Source: a plasmid. Taken from it: 64,000 nt of DNA. The DNA is taken from sequence record NZ_CP118990.1. One strand, 5' to 3'. The stretch's first letter is position 1. Each line of letters begins with the position of its first letter. Positions 55,889 to 64,000 of this stretch are shown piece by piece. The notes beneath the pieces are model-generated. The model had not been told where the DNA came from. It ran no database searches and saw only the letters and a program-made list of their open reading frames with translations. The position numbers and the translations under genes were made by a program.

Positions 55889-56584
55889 ATCGCCCCCCCG
55901 CAGGTGGGGGTTAACGGGCGTGTAAAGCGTCCAACGTGACTTACAGAAAATCGCCCCCCCGCAGGTGGGGGTTAACGGAGTGGATGCATTTGCTGACTTC
56001 CACCGATGAATCGTCCCCCGTGCCTGGGGGTTAACGGTACTCGGCCTGGCACAACATGGACCTCACCCGATTTCTCCCCCGCAGCTGGGGGTTAACGCCG
56101 CGAGGGGAGCTGTTGCTATAGCGGGAATGAATCCCCCACCGCAGGCGGGGGTTAACGGCGTCAGCACATCACACAGCTATTGAGCACCAGATCGATCCCC
56201 CGCAGGCGGGGGTTAACGGTTTTCGATGATGTCGGTGGCGTTTGCCATCATATCGCCCCCCGCAGGCGGGGGTTAACGGACGCTGATAACGCATATCGAC
56301 GACGGATTTGAATCACCCCCCCGCAGGCGGGGGTTAACGGCCCGCGGGATAGAGAAGTGGTGCCATCAGCGCATCTCTCCCCCGAGCCTGGGGGTTAACG
56401 GTGCCCTTTTTGTGCACAAACAAAAAAATCAAAATCCATCCCCCTGTTACGGGGGTTAACGAAGCGGGACGTCGTGGTGCTGTGCTGCGGCTGCATCTCC
56501 CCCCAGCAGGCGGGGGTTAACGTTAGCTTCACACCAGGCCTTGATAGCATCGCCGATCTATCCCTCGCGACTGGGGGTTATCGG
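55889..56584 (+). CRISPR. CRISPR array, 12 repeats of 28-29 bp with 11 spacers of ~32 nt; consensus ATCGCCCCCCGCAGGCGGGGGTTAACGG; repeats unusually heterogeneous
   Basis: Period ~61 bp; conserved 5' ATC + C-run and 3' GGGGGTTAACGG; loop and stem flank vary between units; terminal unit degenerate (ttatcgg); geometry and stem-loop resemble type I-E/IV-A3 repeats; AT-rich leader-like 128 bp upstream. Confidence 0.8.
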
Positions 56585-56772
56585 GAGGAAGCATGGCACA
56601 ACAGAACGTTTTCCTTCTTCGATTGAGGGTTATGCGCGAAATGGCCGCCGACACCGACTCGGTGATCTCTGCCGTCACGGCCGAGCTGCCAGTCGGTTTC
56701 CCTGAGCACATTAGCAAGGCCATTTTTTCTGGGTTGTCGGCTCAAGCAGCCAAGCTTCTGAGAGGGTGAGAA

Positions 56773-57270
56773 ATGGCTGAAATGAGCAATTTTGGGGAAA
56801 GCTTCAAGCTTTATTCCGACGGGCAACGAGATCCTGTCAAGCGCACAGGCCTGAACGTCCAGTACACAGAGACTCGGGCCAACTACCCGACAATCAGCAT
56901 CGAGATCGCTCCCATCCGGGCGGCAGGAGCAAAAGCAGACTGGGAGCAGAAGATCACAGTACAACTGACCAGGGCAGAGCTGACCGCGTTCTGCGGTGTG
57001 ATGTTTGGGCTCAGGAAGGATGCCACAGGGTCATACCATGGTGACGCCAACAACAAGAGCTTCGCGACATACTGCAACGGCAAGTCCGGCGTCGCCATCC
57101 TTCTCATGGCACGAGGGAACCAGTACCAGCACCTCATTACACCCGATGACCGAATGGAGCTAGCTGTATTCGCGATAAGGAGGTTGGCTGAGGCATGGAA
57201 GGTCACCCCTTCTGATGCGATTGCGATGCTCCGTCAAGGGGCGTGGATGAGCAAGAATCAGGTAAATTAG
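56773..57270 (+). CDS. Hypothetical protein (165 aa)
   Basis: GAGGGTGAGAA RBS; followed by terminator. Confidence 0.45.
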   Translation: MAEMSNFGESFKLYSDGQRDPVKRTGLNVQYTETRANYPTISIEIAPIRAAGAKADWEQKITVQLTRAELTAFCGVMFGLRKDATGSYHGDANNKSFATYCNGKSGVAILLMARGNQYQHLITPDDRMELAVFAIRRLAEAWKVTPSDAIAMLRQGAWMSKNQVN

Positions 57271-57285
57271 AATGGGTTAGATAAT

Positions 57286-57312
57286 GAAAATCCCGCTTGA
57301 GCGGGCTTTTCG
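57286..57312 (+). terminator. Rho-independent terminator
   Basis: aatcccgc-ttga-gcgggctttt. Confidence 0.6.
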
Positions 57313-57524
57313 AAATTTGGGGTGGCCCTGCATGACAGGGCCAGTACGAACCTAGTGTCATCACCAGTAAGGTAGCTGGGAGAGGACGGAGCCTAGAAGT
57401 AGAGATCCCGCTAGGTCCTCTTATTTTCAATTGGCTACTCTTGTCTGCTCTTGATTTGCACTTGTTTAATACTGATTCCGCCGCGGTTACTCTCCTCCTG
57501 CACCTGACCAAACGGAGAGAAATT

Positions 57525-58070
57525 ATGCGCTATCACTCACCTCTGCACGACCCGCTGACTCAAGATGAACTCAATGCACTTAGAGCCTCACTCTCTGCAA
57601 AAGAGTTCCAGCATGACTTATTCCGAGCATTCCTGTTCGTATGCGAGACAGGGTTGAGTTGGGAGGATGTTTACCTCCTAAAGTGGACGCAAATCGATAG
57701 GGAAAACCACCTGCTGGTTCACGACTATGAACGAATCAATGGACATCAAACCCAACGCCTTTCGCAGTTCGCATTGAATGTTTTGCCCGAGCAGAGCAGC
57801 AGCAAGGTCTTTCCTGATCTACATTTCGAGCTCATTCAAGACCGATATGGGGAATGGTGCTCGTCTGACCTATGGGTCTGGGGGAAGAGATCAAATATCA
57901 AGCGCGGGTTTTGTCTTGAGGCTGCTGGGGCCACCTTCGTTACCAAAATGACAGCTCAACACGTTGATGAGCATGAGCTCGCAAAAATGCTGAACATTAC
58001 CGAGCTCGACTTACGTTGGATTTACCCAATACGTTCATTTAACCCGATTGACCTAATGTTCCTCTCCTAA
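57525..58070 (+). CDS. Short tyrosine-recombinase-catalytic-domain-like protein, probably degenerate
   Basis: FLFVCETGLSWEDVYLLKWTQID resembles the first conserved box of tyrosine recombinases but with His in place of the box-I Arg; only 181 aa; GGAGAG RBS. Confidence 0.3.
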   Translation: MRYHSPLHDPLTQDELNALRASLSAKEFQHDLFRAFLFVCETGLSWEDVYLLKWTQIDRENHLLVHDYERINGHQTQRLSQFALNVLPEQSSSKVFPDLHFELIQDRYGEWCSSDLWVWGKRSNIKRGFCLEAAGATFVTKMTAQHVDEHELAKMLNITELDLRWIYPIRSFNPIDLMFLS

Positions 58071-58107
58071 ACGTTGTCCTGAGCGAACAAGGAAACCTGA
58101 TCGCATC

Positions 58108-59220
58108 ATGCCGCTAAAGTGCTTGCACCACCACACCACCATCTTCGCCTTTGATTTCGATGCAGCAGGTTGGGAGAAACTGAAAGCCAGCAACCGAGCA
58201 GATGCCGGCCTCATAATGACATGCTGCCAGGCCCGAGCGGTCCCGAAGGTATCCAAGCTCGGCACCCGGTTCTTTGCACATCACAAGAGTGGCGAATGTA
58301 CCAGCACACCGGAGACAGCGGAGCACCTATGGGCCAAGACCATCGTCTGTCAGGCTGCCCGAGCGGCAGGGTGGACAGCCGATACGGAGGTAAGGGGCCA
58401 AACTCCGGCCGGTGAAGACTGGGTGGCCGATGTGCTATCCACCAAAGGCAGCGCTAAGGTCGCCATCGAGATCCAGTGGTCACGCCAAGGCACCGAAGAG
58501 ACCCAGCGCCGTCAGCGTCGCTATGCCGACTCTGGAGTGCGAGCATTATGGCTACTGCGTCACCCTGACCTGCTGGTGGAGCGGGGCACGCCATCGTTCT
58601 TGTTGGATGTCCGAGCGAGTGAGTCAGCAGCCTTCGTGCGACTCCCATCAAGCCAATTCGATCCGCGCTGGGTCACCAACCGCAACAAGAGCGAAGCGGA
58701 ATATTGGCAGCAAACCATCGCGCTGGAGACGTTCGTCCGTGGAGCCCTGACCGGCTCATTAAAGTTCGCCCCGGCGATTGACCAGCCCATACCGGTGACC
58801 ATCAGTGCCACAAAGATCCGGTGCTGGCGCTGTAAGCGTGAGACCTGGACGGTACAAGGGCTTACCCTGGAGGTCAGTACGCGGTTCGCGGGTCACCCAG
58901 ACCTGCACACGAGCCTTGAAGAGCTCGATAGCGGGGAGGAGACTGCACCGTGGCTGGCTAACTTGTTCCCGGCCGCACTGTTGAAGCAACACGGGATAGG
59001 CGTGATCAAGCCGCGCTTTAGCCGCACAGCAGGATGCAGCTATCTATCGAACGGCTGTACACACTGCGACGCCCTCCAGGGTCGCCACTTTGACCACGAC
59101 GATTACCAGGAAGCGACCGACGTCTGCCAGTATGAAGTCACCCTGAGTAGTGAGTTGCTAGAGCAACTGGCTACCGTGGGCAACGATATTGCCTATCGCT
59201 GGTGGTTTGCAGAGAGGTAA
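58108..59220 (+). CDS. CoiA-like (competence protein CoiA family) putative nuclease
   Basis: CoiA-like architecture with CxxC..HFAH...ES.EH...K region and AIEIQWS core. Confidence 0.5.
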   Translation: MPLKCLHHHTTIFAFDFDAAGWEKLKASNRADAGLIMTCCQARAVPKVSKLGTRFFAHHKSGECTSTPETAEHLWAKTIVCQAARAAGWTADTEVRGQTPAGEDWVADVLSTKGSAKVAIEIQWSRQGTEETQRRQRRYADSGVRALWLLRHPDLLVERGTPSFLLDVRASESAAFVRLPSSQFDPRWVTNRNKSEAEYWQQTIALETFVRGALTGSLKFAPAIDQPIPVTISATKIRCWRCKRETWTVQGLTLEVSTRFAGHPDLHTSLEELDSGEETAPWLANLFPAALLKQHGIGVIKPRFSRTAGCSYLSNGCTHCDALQGRHFDHDDYQEATDVCQYEVTLSSELLEQLATVGNDIAYRWWFAER

Positions 59221-59329
59221 ACGTGGCCGGTTTCTTCATAAATTAGACCATCATGCAGCGAGGGGTAGAAAGCCCCACACCAACCCCCGAGGCCTACCTT
59301 TTACCCCGGCGCCGCTCCACTGAGCGCGT

Positions 59330-59366
59330 CTCTTCTTTCTCTCTCTTTTTCTCTCTTTCTCAATCT
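59330..59366. repeat. CT-rich low-complexity tract
   Basis: tctcttctttctctctctttttctctctttctc. Confidence 0.7.
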
Positions 59367-59582
59367 AATCTCCCGCGAGCGCGGGCCTAGCACAGGGGCT
59401 GAGCTCGTTCGGGGGTAAGGCTCACCGGGTCCAACATTGTCACGATAAAACATCGGGCTCACCCTCCCCCGACGCCGCGCAGCGGCGGCGATCATCTCTT
59501 ATACCCCTCGTTGCATGATGGTCTAATATTGCCTATTCTCTAACCAATATTCTATCGGTACAAACCCCAGGTAAGGACCTCC

Positions 59583-60464
59583 ATGCAGACTAACTTCATC
59601 TCCGAACAGTACACAGCCATCACCCGTGACCTCGATCGCCTCGCAACTCTCATCCGGCGCCTGCCCCATCGCGACGCCCGTGTCGCGGCCATCACACCCA
59701 CGGCCAAAGGCTCCGAAAGCGAGCCTACAACCAACATTGTTGTCCTGGAACAAACCGGGAGCGATGCCCTGGCGCTCGCCGCCGACTGCTACCGGGATCT
59801 CCACATCATCCCCCAGCTCTCCCAGAAGTCGGCCCGCCGAACCGTCGGCGTATTGTGGCTCTCCCCTTCCCAGAGCGGCGCGGCCGCCACTGACGAGCTC
59901 CGGCAGCTGGTGGACCGCATCAACACCGCCAAGGCCGGTATCGAGACGTTCATCGTCTCCAACTACGGCACCCGCCAGGAGCGTTTTGAGGCACTCCGGG
60001 CCGAATGCCCCGGCGTGATGACCCTGCACCTGTACCGGCAGATCCGGTGCTATGCCGAGGGGGACGTGGATTCTATCCGGTTCACCTGGCAGCAGAAGGA
60101 CTCGCTCAAACGGCCCGACAAAGATGAGCTGATGCGCCGGATCCGGGTTGAACTGGAGAAAGCAGGGCCAGATTTTCGGCCGCAGCTGGAGGAGCTGCTC
60201 GACAAGATTTCCGGCACCCCCGAGGCAGCGCTGCGCGAGCGCCGGGAGGTAAAGGTGCAGCCGGTGGCAAACATCATGGCCGCGGGGGCACTGAGAACGG
60301 TGACGGCACCGATGCCTCTGATCCTGCTCCAGGATGCTGATGCCAAGATCAAGATGCTCAAGTCGTTTGACCCGAAGGCAGGGCGCAAAACGCGGAACGA
60401 CCGGGTGGAATCCCGTGTTATCGGGACATTTTGCGGGGTCGCCATCGAGGCATTTCCGTTGTGA
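59583..60464 (+). CDS. Hypothetical protein (293 aa), GC-rich
   Basis: AAGGACCTCC RBS; no motif recognised. Confidence 0.45.
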   Translation: MQTNFISEQYTAITRDLDRLATLIRRLPHRDARVAAITPTAKGSESEPTTNIVVLEQTGSDALALAADCYRDLHIIPQLSQKSARRTVGVLWLSPSQSGAAATDELRQLVDRINTAKAGIETFIVSNYGTRQERFEALRAECPGVMTLHLYRQIRCYAEGDVDSIRFTWQQKDSLKRPDKDELMRRIRVELEKAGPDFRPQLEELLDKISGTPEAALRERREVKVQPVANIMAAGALRTVTAPMPLILLQDADAKIKMLKSFDPKAGRKTRNDRVESRVIGTFCGVAIEAFPL

Positions 60465-60602
60465 TGACATGACGGGATAAGCAAGGTGGGCCGTTGAAAA
60501 CGGCCATATCCGGGGTTTGGGGAGCAATGGAACCAAAAACCAACGTAAGCTCTGAATCCCACCGTAAAGGGGCTTTCCGATCTCCAGCTCACCCGCCAGG
60601 CA

Positions 60603-61004
60603 TTACTCTCTGATCAGTGCCTCGATGATCGGGCAGATCGTTCCGCCGTCTCCCGCATCACATTGCTGCACCAGTTCGCCTAACAGTTGCTGCATGACGA
60701 CCAAGTCGGCCATCTTCTGCTCGATCAACGCGAGCTTGCGTGCAGCCCGTGCTCGCGTTTCGGCACAGGCGCACGACTCATCCAGCGTCAGCAGTCCACC
60801 GACTTCCGAGAGCGTGAAACCCAGCGCCTGAGCCCGCTTGATGAAACGCAGTCGCTTCACCATGTCCACCGGATAGCGCCGATGGCCACCCAAGGGTTTG
60901 GCTGGTTCATCCAGCAGCCCGCGTCGCTGGTAGTAGCGGATCGTCTCGACGTTCACCCCGGCGGCGTCTGCCAGCTTGCCAATGGTCAGCTCTGTGGCCA
61001 TCAC
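60603..61004 (-). CDS. merR: MerR, Hg(II)-responsive transcriptional regulator
   Basis: N-terminal HTH GVNVETIRYYQRRGLL and C-terminal metal-binding Cys pattern (C..C, CP) closely parallel Tn21/Tn501 MerR; divergent from merTP. Confidence 0.85.
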   Translation of the reverse strand: MMATELTIGKLADAAGVNVETIRYYQRRGLLDEPAKPLGGHRRYPVDMVKRLRFIKRAQALGFTLSEVGGLLTLDESCACAETRARAARKLALIEQKMADLVVMQQLLGELVQQCDAGDGGTICPIIEALIRE

Positions 61005-61069
61005 TTTCTCCTTGATTCCGTACTTTGGTACGGAGTTTAGAATAGCACCTAGGCAATCAGGCTCAGGAG

Positions 61070-61426
61070 ATGGGAATGGGGATGCAACTCACCGGGAAAG
61101 GCTCGCTGGTCGCGAGTTCGCTGACCGCCATCGGTGCGTCGGTGTGCTGTGTCGGGCCACTGGTGCTGTTGGCACTCGGTGTCGGCGGTACGTGGGTGGG
61201 CGCTCTGACCATGATGGAGCCACTACGCCCCCTCTTCATCGGGTTGACTCTACTGTTCCTGGGATTGGCATTCCGCAAGCTCTACCTGGTGCCACAGGTT
61301 TGTACGCCAGGTACACCCTGCGCCGATCCGCGCACGCTCGTGCGACAGCGACTCGTGTTCTGGATCGTCAGCGTGCTGCTGCTCGGCCTATTGGCCGTGC
61401 CGTGGCTCGCCCCGCTGTTCTACTGA
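61070..61426 (+). CDS. merT: MerT, mercuric ion transport membrane protein
   Basis: Conserved first-helix CC pair (ASVCCVGPLVL) and second Cys pair; length and TM pattern as Tn21 MerT. Confidence 0.8.
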   Translation: MGMGMQLTGKGSLVASSLTAIGASVCCVGPLVLLALGVGGTWVGALTMMEPLRPLFIGLTLLFLGLAFRKLYLVPQVCTPGTPCADPRTLVRQRLVFWIVSVLLLGLLAVPWLAPLFY

Positions 61427-61438
61427 AGGAGATTAACC

Positions 61439-61714
61439 ATGCGCAAACTGCTGATCGCCGTGCTTTTCGCCTTGCCCTTCGTGGCGCTGGCGGCTCCCCC
61501 GAAAACCGTCACGCTCGACGTGCAGAACATGACGTGCGGACTCTGTCCGATCACGGTCAAGAAGTCGCTGGAGAAGGTGTCCGGCGTGAGTGACGTCCAG
61601 GTCAATTTCGACCAGAAGACGGCGACCGTCACCTACGATCCCGATAAGGCCCAGCCCGAGGCACTGACTGAGGCGACCGCGAACGCGGGATACCCCTCCA
61701 CAGTGCAGAAGTGA
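61439..61714 (+). CDS. merP: MerP, periplasmic mercury-binding protein
   Basis: Signal peptide plus HMA motif GMTCGLCP. Confidence 0.85.
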   Translation: MRKLLIAVLFALPFVALAAPPKTVTLDVQNMTCGLCPITVKKSLEKVSGVSDVQVNFDQKTATVTYDPDKAQPEALTEATANAGYPSTVQK

Positions 61715-61721
61715 GGTCACG

Positions 61722-61934
61722 ATGAGCGCCATTGTCCTTGAGTCCGTGCTGACTTGCCCGCGCTGCGGCTTCGCCAAGCCGGAAACCATGCCCACGGACG
61801 CCTGCCAGTTCTATTACGAGTGCAGCAACTGCAAGGCGCTGCTGCGCCCCAACCCAGGGGATTGCTGCGTTTTCTGTTCGTTCGGCTCGGTGAAGTGCCC
61901 GCCGATCCAGCAGCAGCTTGGGTGTTGCTCATAG
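61722..61934 (+). CDS. Small Cys-rich (zinc-ribbon-like) protein in the merA position
   Basis: CPRCG...CSNCK...CCVFC; 70 aa; is not MerA/MerC/MerF by inspection. Confidence 0.35.
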   Translation: MSAIVLESVLTCPRCGFAKPETMPTDACQFYYECSNCKALLRPNPGDCCVFCSFGSVKCPPIQQQLGCCS

Positions 61935-61946
61935 CGTTTAGGGGGA

Positions 61947-64000
61947 TCACAGGTCGTCGTCTGGATTACGCAGTGGCCGCAGCTCGCCGCGCGCAACTTC
62001 TTCCGGTACCGCAAAGGAATACCGCCCGAGCATGTTGATGTGCTCGTAGATCAGCGGCGATAGCCGGGCCAAATCCTCTTCCAGCACTGGATAGCCGTGC
62101 TGCTTGAGCCGTTCCACGGCCGCCGTCATGTAGAGGGTGTTCCACAGCACGATGATGTTCACCACCAGGCCCAGAGCACCGAGCTGGTCTTCCTGGCCTT
62201 CGCGGTAGCGCTGGCGGAGCTCGCCGCGTTTGCCGTGGAACACGGCGCGGGCCAGGCTGTGCCCGCCTTCGCCTCGGTTCAACTGGGTCAGGGTGGCGCG
62301 GCGCTTGGACTCGTCGTCGATATAGGTCAACGTGTGCAGAGTCTTTTCGATCCGCCCGAATTCGGCCAGCGCCTGGGCCAGCCGGGTGGGTCTATCTCCC
62401 GTTTGCAGCGTGCGCATGATGCCAGTCGCCGGCACCCGGCCGAGTTTGAGCGAGCCGGCCAGGCGCAGCAGGTCGTCCCAGTGCTCGGCGATCAGGTCGA
62501 GTTTGACCGACTGGCGGGCCAGCCCGTTGAGCTTGCCGTAGTCCGCGTCCGGGCGCGTGCGCCAGAAGCGGGTACCGCCGACATCGGCCAGCCGCGGACT
62601 GAAGTGGTAGCCAAGTAGGCGGAAGAGCCCGAACACCACATCGCTGTAGGCCCCGGTGTCGGTCATGATTTGCGTCGGCTGCAACTCGGTCTGCTGTTCC
62701 AGCACGACCGCCAGCAACACCAGGCTGTCGCGCAGCGTGCCGGGCACGGTGATGGCGTTGAGGCCGGAGAATTGGTCGGAAATCAGGTTGTACCAGGTGA
62801 CACCCCGGCCGGTGCCGAAATACTTCGGATTGGGGCCGGCATGCACGGTGCGCACCGGTATGACGAAGCGCATGCCATCGGCGGAGGCGACCTCGCCGCC
62901 ACCCCAGACTTGGGCCAGTTCCAGTTGGCTTTGCGCTCCGACCAGGATGGCGTTAGCCGCTGACAGGGTGTCGTCGCGGATATAATTCTGGCTGACCCAG
63001 GACAGCCGGTCACGGCGCAGCGCCGGGTTGTCGGTGCGGATCAAGGGCTCCAGGCCGGTGTTGCAGGCCCCGCCCAACAGCACCGCGCAGAGGCTGGTGA
63101 CCAGGTTGTCGGCGCGTGCATTGCGTTCGGAGACATGGGTGAAGGCCTCGGAAAAGCCAGTGCGGGCGGCGATTTCCAAGAGGATTTCCGGCAGATCGAC
63201 ACGCGGCATCAGGTCAGACACGGCCGCCCGCAGTTGCAGCAACGAGCAGGGCTCGTCCAGCTTGTCCAGCGCCCCGAGCGACAGTTCGGTCTTGCCCTCG
63301 GTGTTCTCGCTCAGTTGAATCGCCGGGTTGTCGGGCAGGCGCGCGGCTACTGCCAGCCAGGTTGCATCCAGCTCGACGGACAAGGCGTCCAGGGTGGTTT
63401 TGGCGTCGATGGTCACGCCCAGTGACCGGCAGATGATCGGTCGCGCCGCCAGCCATTCGGCACCGTCGAGCAGGCCAAGGCGCGGGTCGGCATAGCGCCA
63501 ACTGGGCGAGACGAAGACATCGCGGCGGCGCAGGGCCGTGCGCAGCGCATCGAGCGTGCAGAACACATAGGCACCCATGTCGAGGGAGCCATCTTCGCGG
63601 GTGATGTGCTTCTGCCAAGCCTTGGCCACGATCTCCTGCGGCGCGTCATCCTCTGGCTTCCGGCGCGGCAGGTTCAGTTGCAGCCACTCCAGACTAGCCG
63701 CCACGCCCTTGCCGGCCGGGCTGAAGCCGAAGCGGATGTGCTTGAGCAGGTCGGGCAGGAAGCGGCGCACGCTGCGGTAGCGCGCTTCCAATGCAAGAAA
63801 ATAGACGTCATCTACCGGGCGGATCAGCGCGTTGACCTCTTCCAGGGCCTTTTCCAGGGTGGTCCTCGGCAGGTCGTTGAACAGCCGGGCGCGCACGTTG
63901 TCATCGCTGATCGAGCTGTCCAGCACGACCTTGCACGCGGCGGCGAGCGTCGCGGCCGACCGATCCAGGTCTTTCAGGCTGCGCATGCGGGCTTTCTTGT
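61947..64000 (-). mobile_element. tnpA: Tn3-family transposase TnpA, C-terminal ~680 aa (N-terminus beyond window end)
   Basis: C-terminal region ...VNIIVLWNTLYMTAAVERLKQHG...SPLIYEHINMLGRYSF parallels the Tn21/Tn501 TnpA C-terminus; ORF runs off the window edge. Confidence 0.85.

Noticed and set aside
55889-56584. Considered whether the repeat array next to the tyrosine recombinase is an integron-like attC cassette array rather than CRISPR
   Set aside because: Units are only 28-29 bp with ~32-nt unique spacers and a 61-bp period, matching CRISPR geometry. attC sites are at least ~57 bp imperfect palindromes flanking whole gene cassettes. A type IV cas operon lies 3 kb away.
61722-61934. Considered the 70-aa Cys-rich ORF as a truncated merA, merC or merF
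   Set aside because: It lacks the GMTCxxC HMA motif of the MerA N-terminus, the TM pattern of MerC/MerF and the MerE motif. Left as an unassigned zinc-ribbon-like ORF.

Overview
The window reads as a segment of an SXT/R391-type integrative conjugative element (ICE). The backbone is one long plus-strand gene array. It opens with mating-pair-formation genes (1-9.9 kb): dsbC-like, traC, a trhF-like peptidase, traW, an embedded EAL-domain gene, traU and traN. A hotspot-like insertion follows (9.9-13.6 kb) with a GC-rich 94-bp tandem repeat, a minus-strand lipoprotein gene and a second minus-strand hypothetical gene. The conserved recombination/replication block (13.6-40 kb) carries a CobS-like AAA ATPase, lambda-Red-like bet and exo, a CobT-like VWA protein and about 25 small genes. 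It also carries three orphan DNA methyltransferases (one frameshifted), a YfaE-like ferredoxin, a large PAPS-reductase-like PP-loop protein and a zinc-finger/Toprim primase. Two repeat families punctuate this block. One is a conserved ~135-bp promoter-like module, present as three full and five partial copies, built around a perfect TTTCACATGTGAAA palindrome. The other is a set of more than 25 gene-specific GGGG/CCCC hairpins, each preceded by AACCC and placed just before a ribosome-binding site. After a strong terminator at ~40.05 kb the backbone gives way to an accessory island. The island holds small phage-like genes and a tandem-HTH protein (40-43.5 kb). An H-repeat/Rhs region follows (43.5-47.3 kb): an ISAs1 transposase fragment, a NERD nuclease-like gene, small immunity-like genes, an orphan Rhs C-terminal toxin fragment, an ISAs1-derived MITE, and a putative membrane immunity gene split by a G11 tract. 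Next comes a type IV-A CRISPR-Cas operon on the minus strand (47.6-52.7 kb): csf1, cas6, dinG/csf4, csf3, csf2. A cold-shock-domain membrane protein, a CX5R phosphatase-like gene and a tyrosine recombinase follow. Then comes a 12-repeat CRISPR array (55.9-56.6 kb) with unusually heterogeneous I-E-like repeats, plus a vestigial mini-array at 52.87-52.99 kb. The window ends with a CoiA-like gene, a GC-rich mercury-resistance remnant (merR, merT, merP, no merA) and a partial Tn3-family transposase running off the edge. All calls rest on motifs read by eye from the ORF track; no database search was run.
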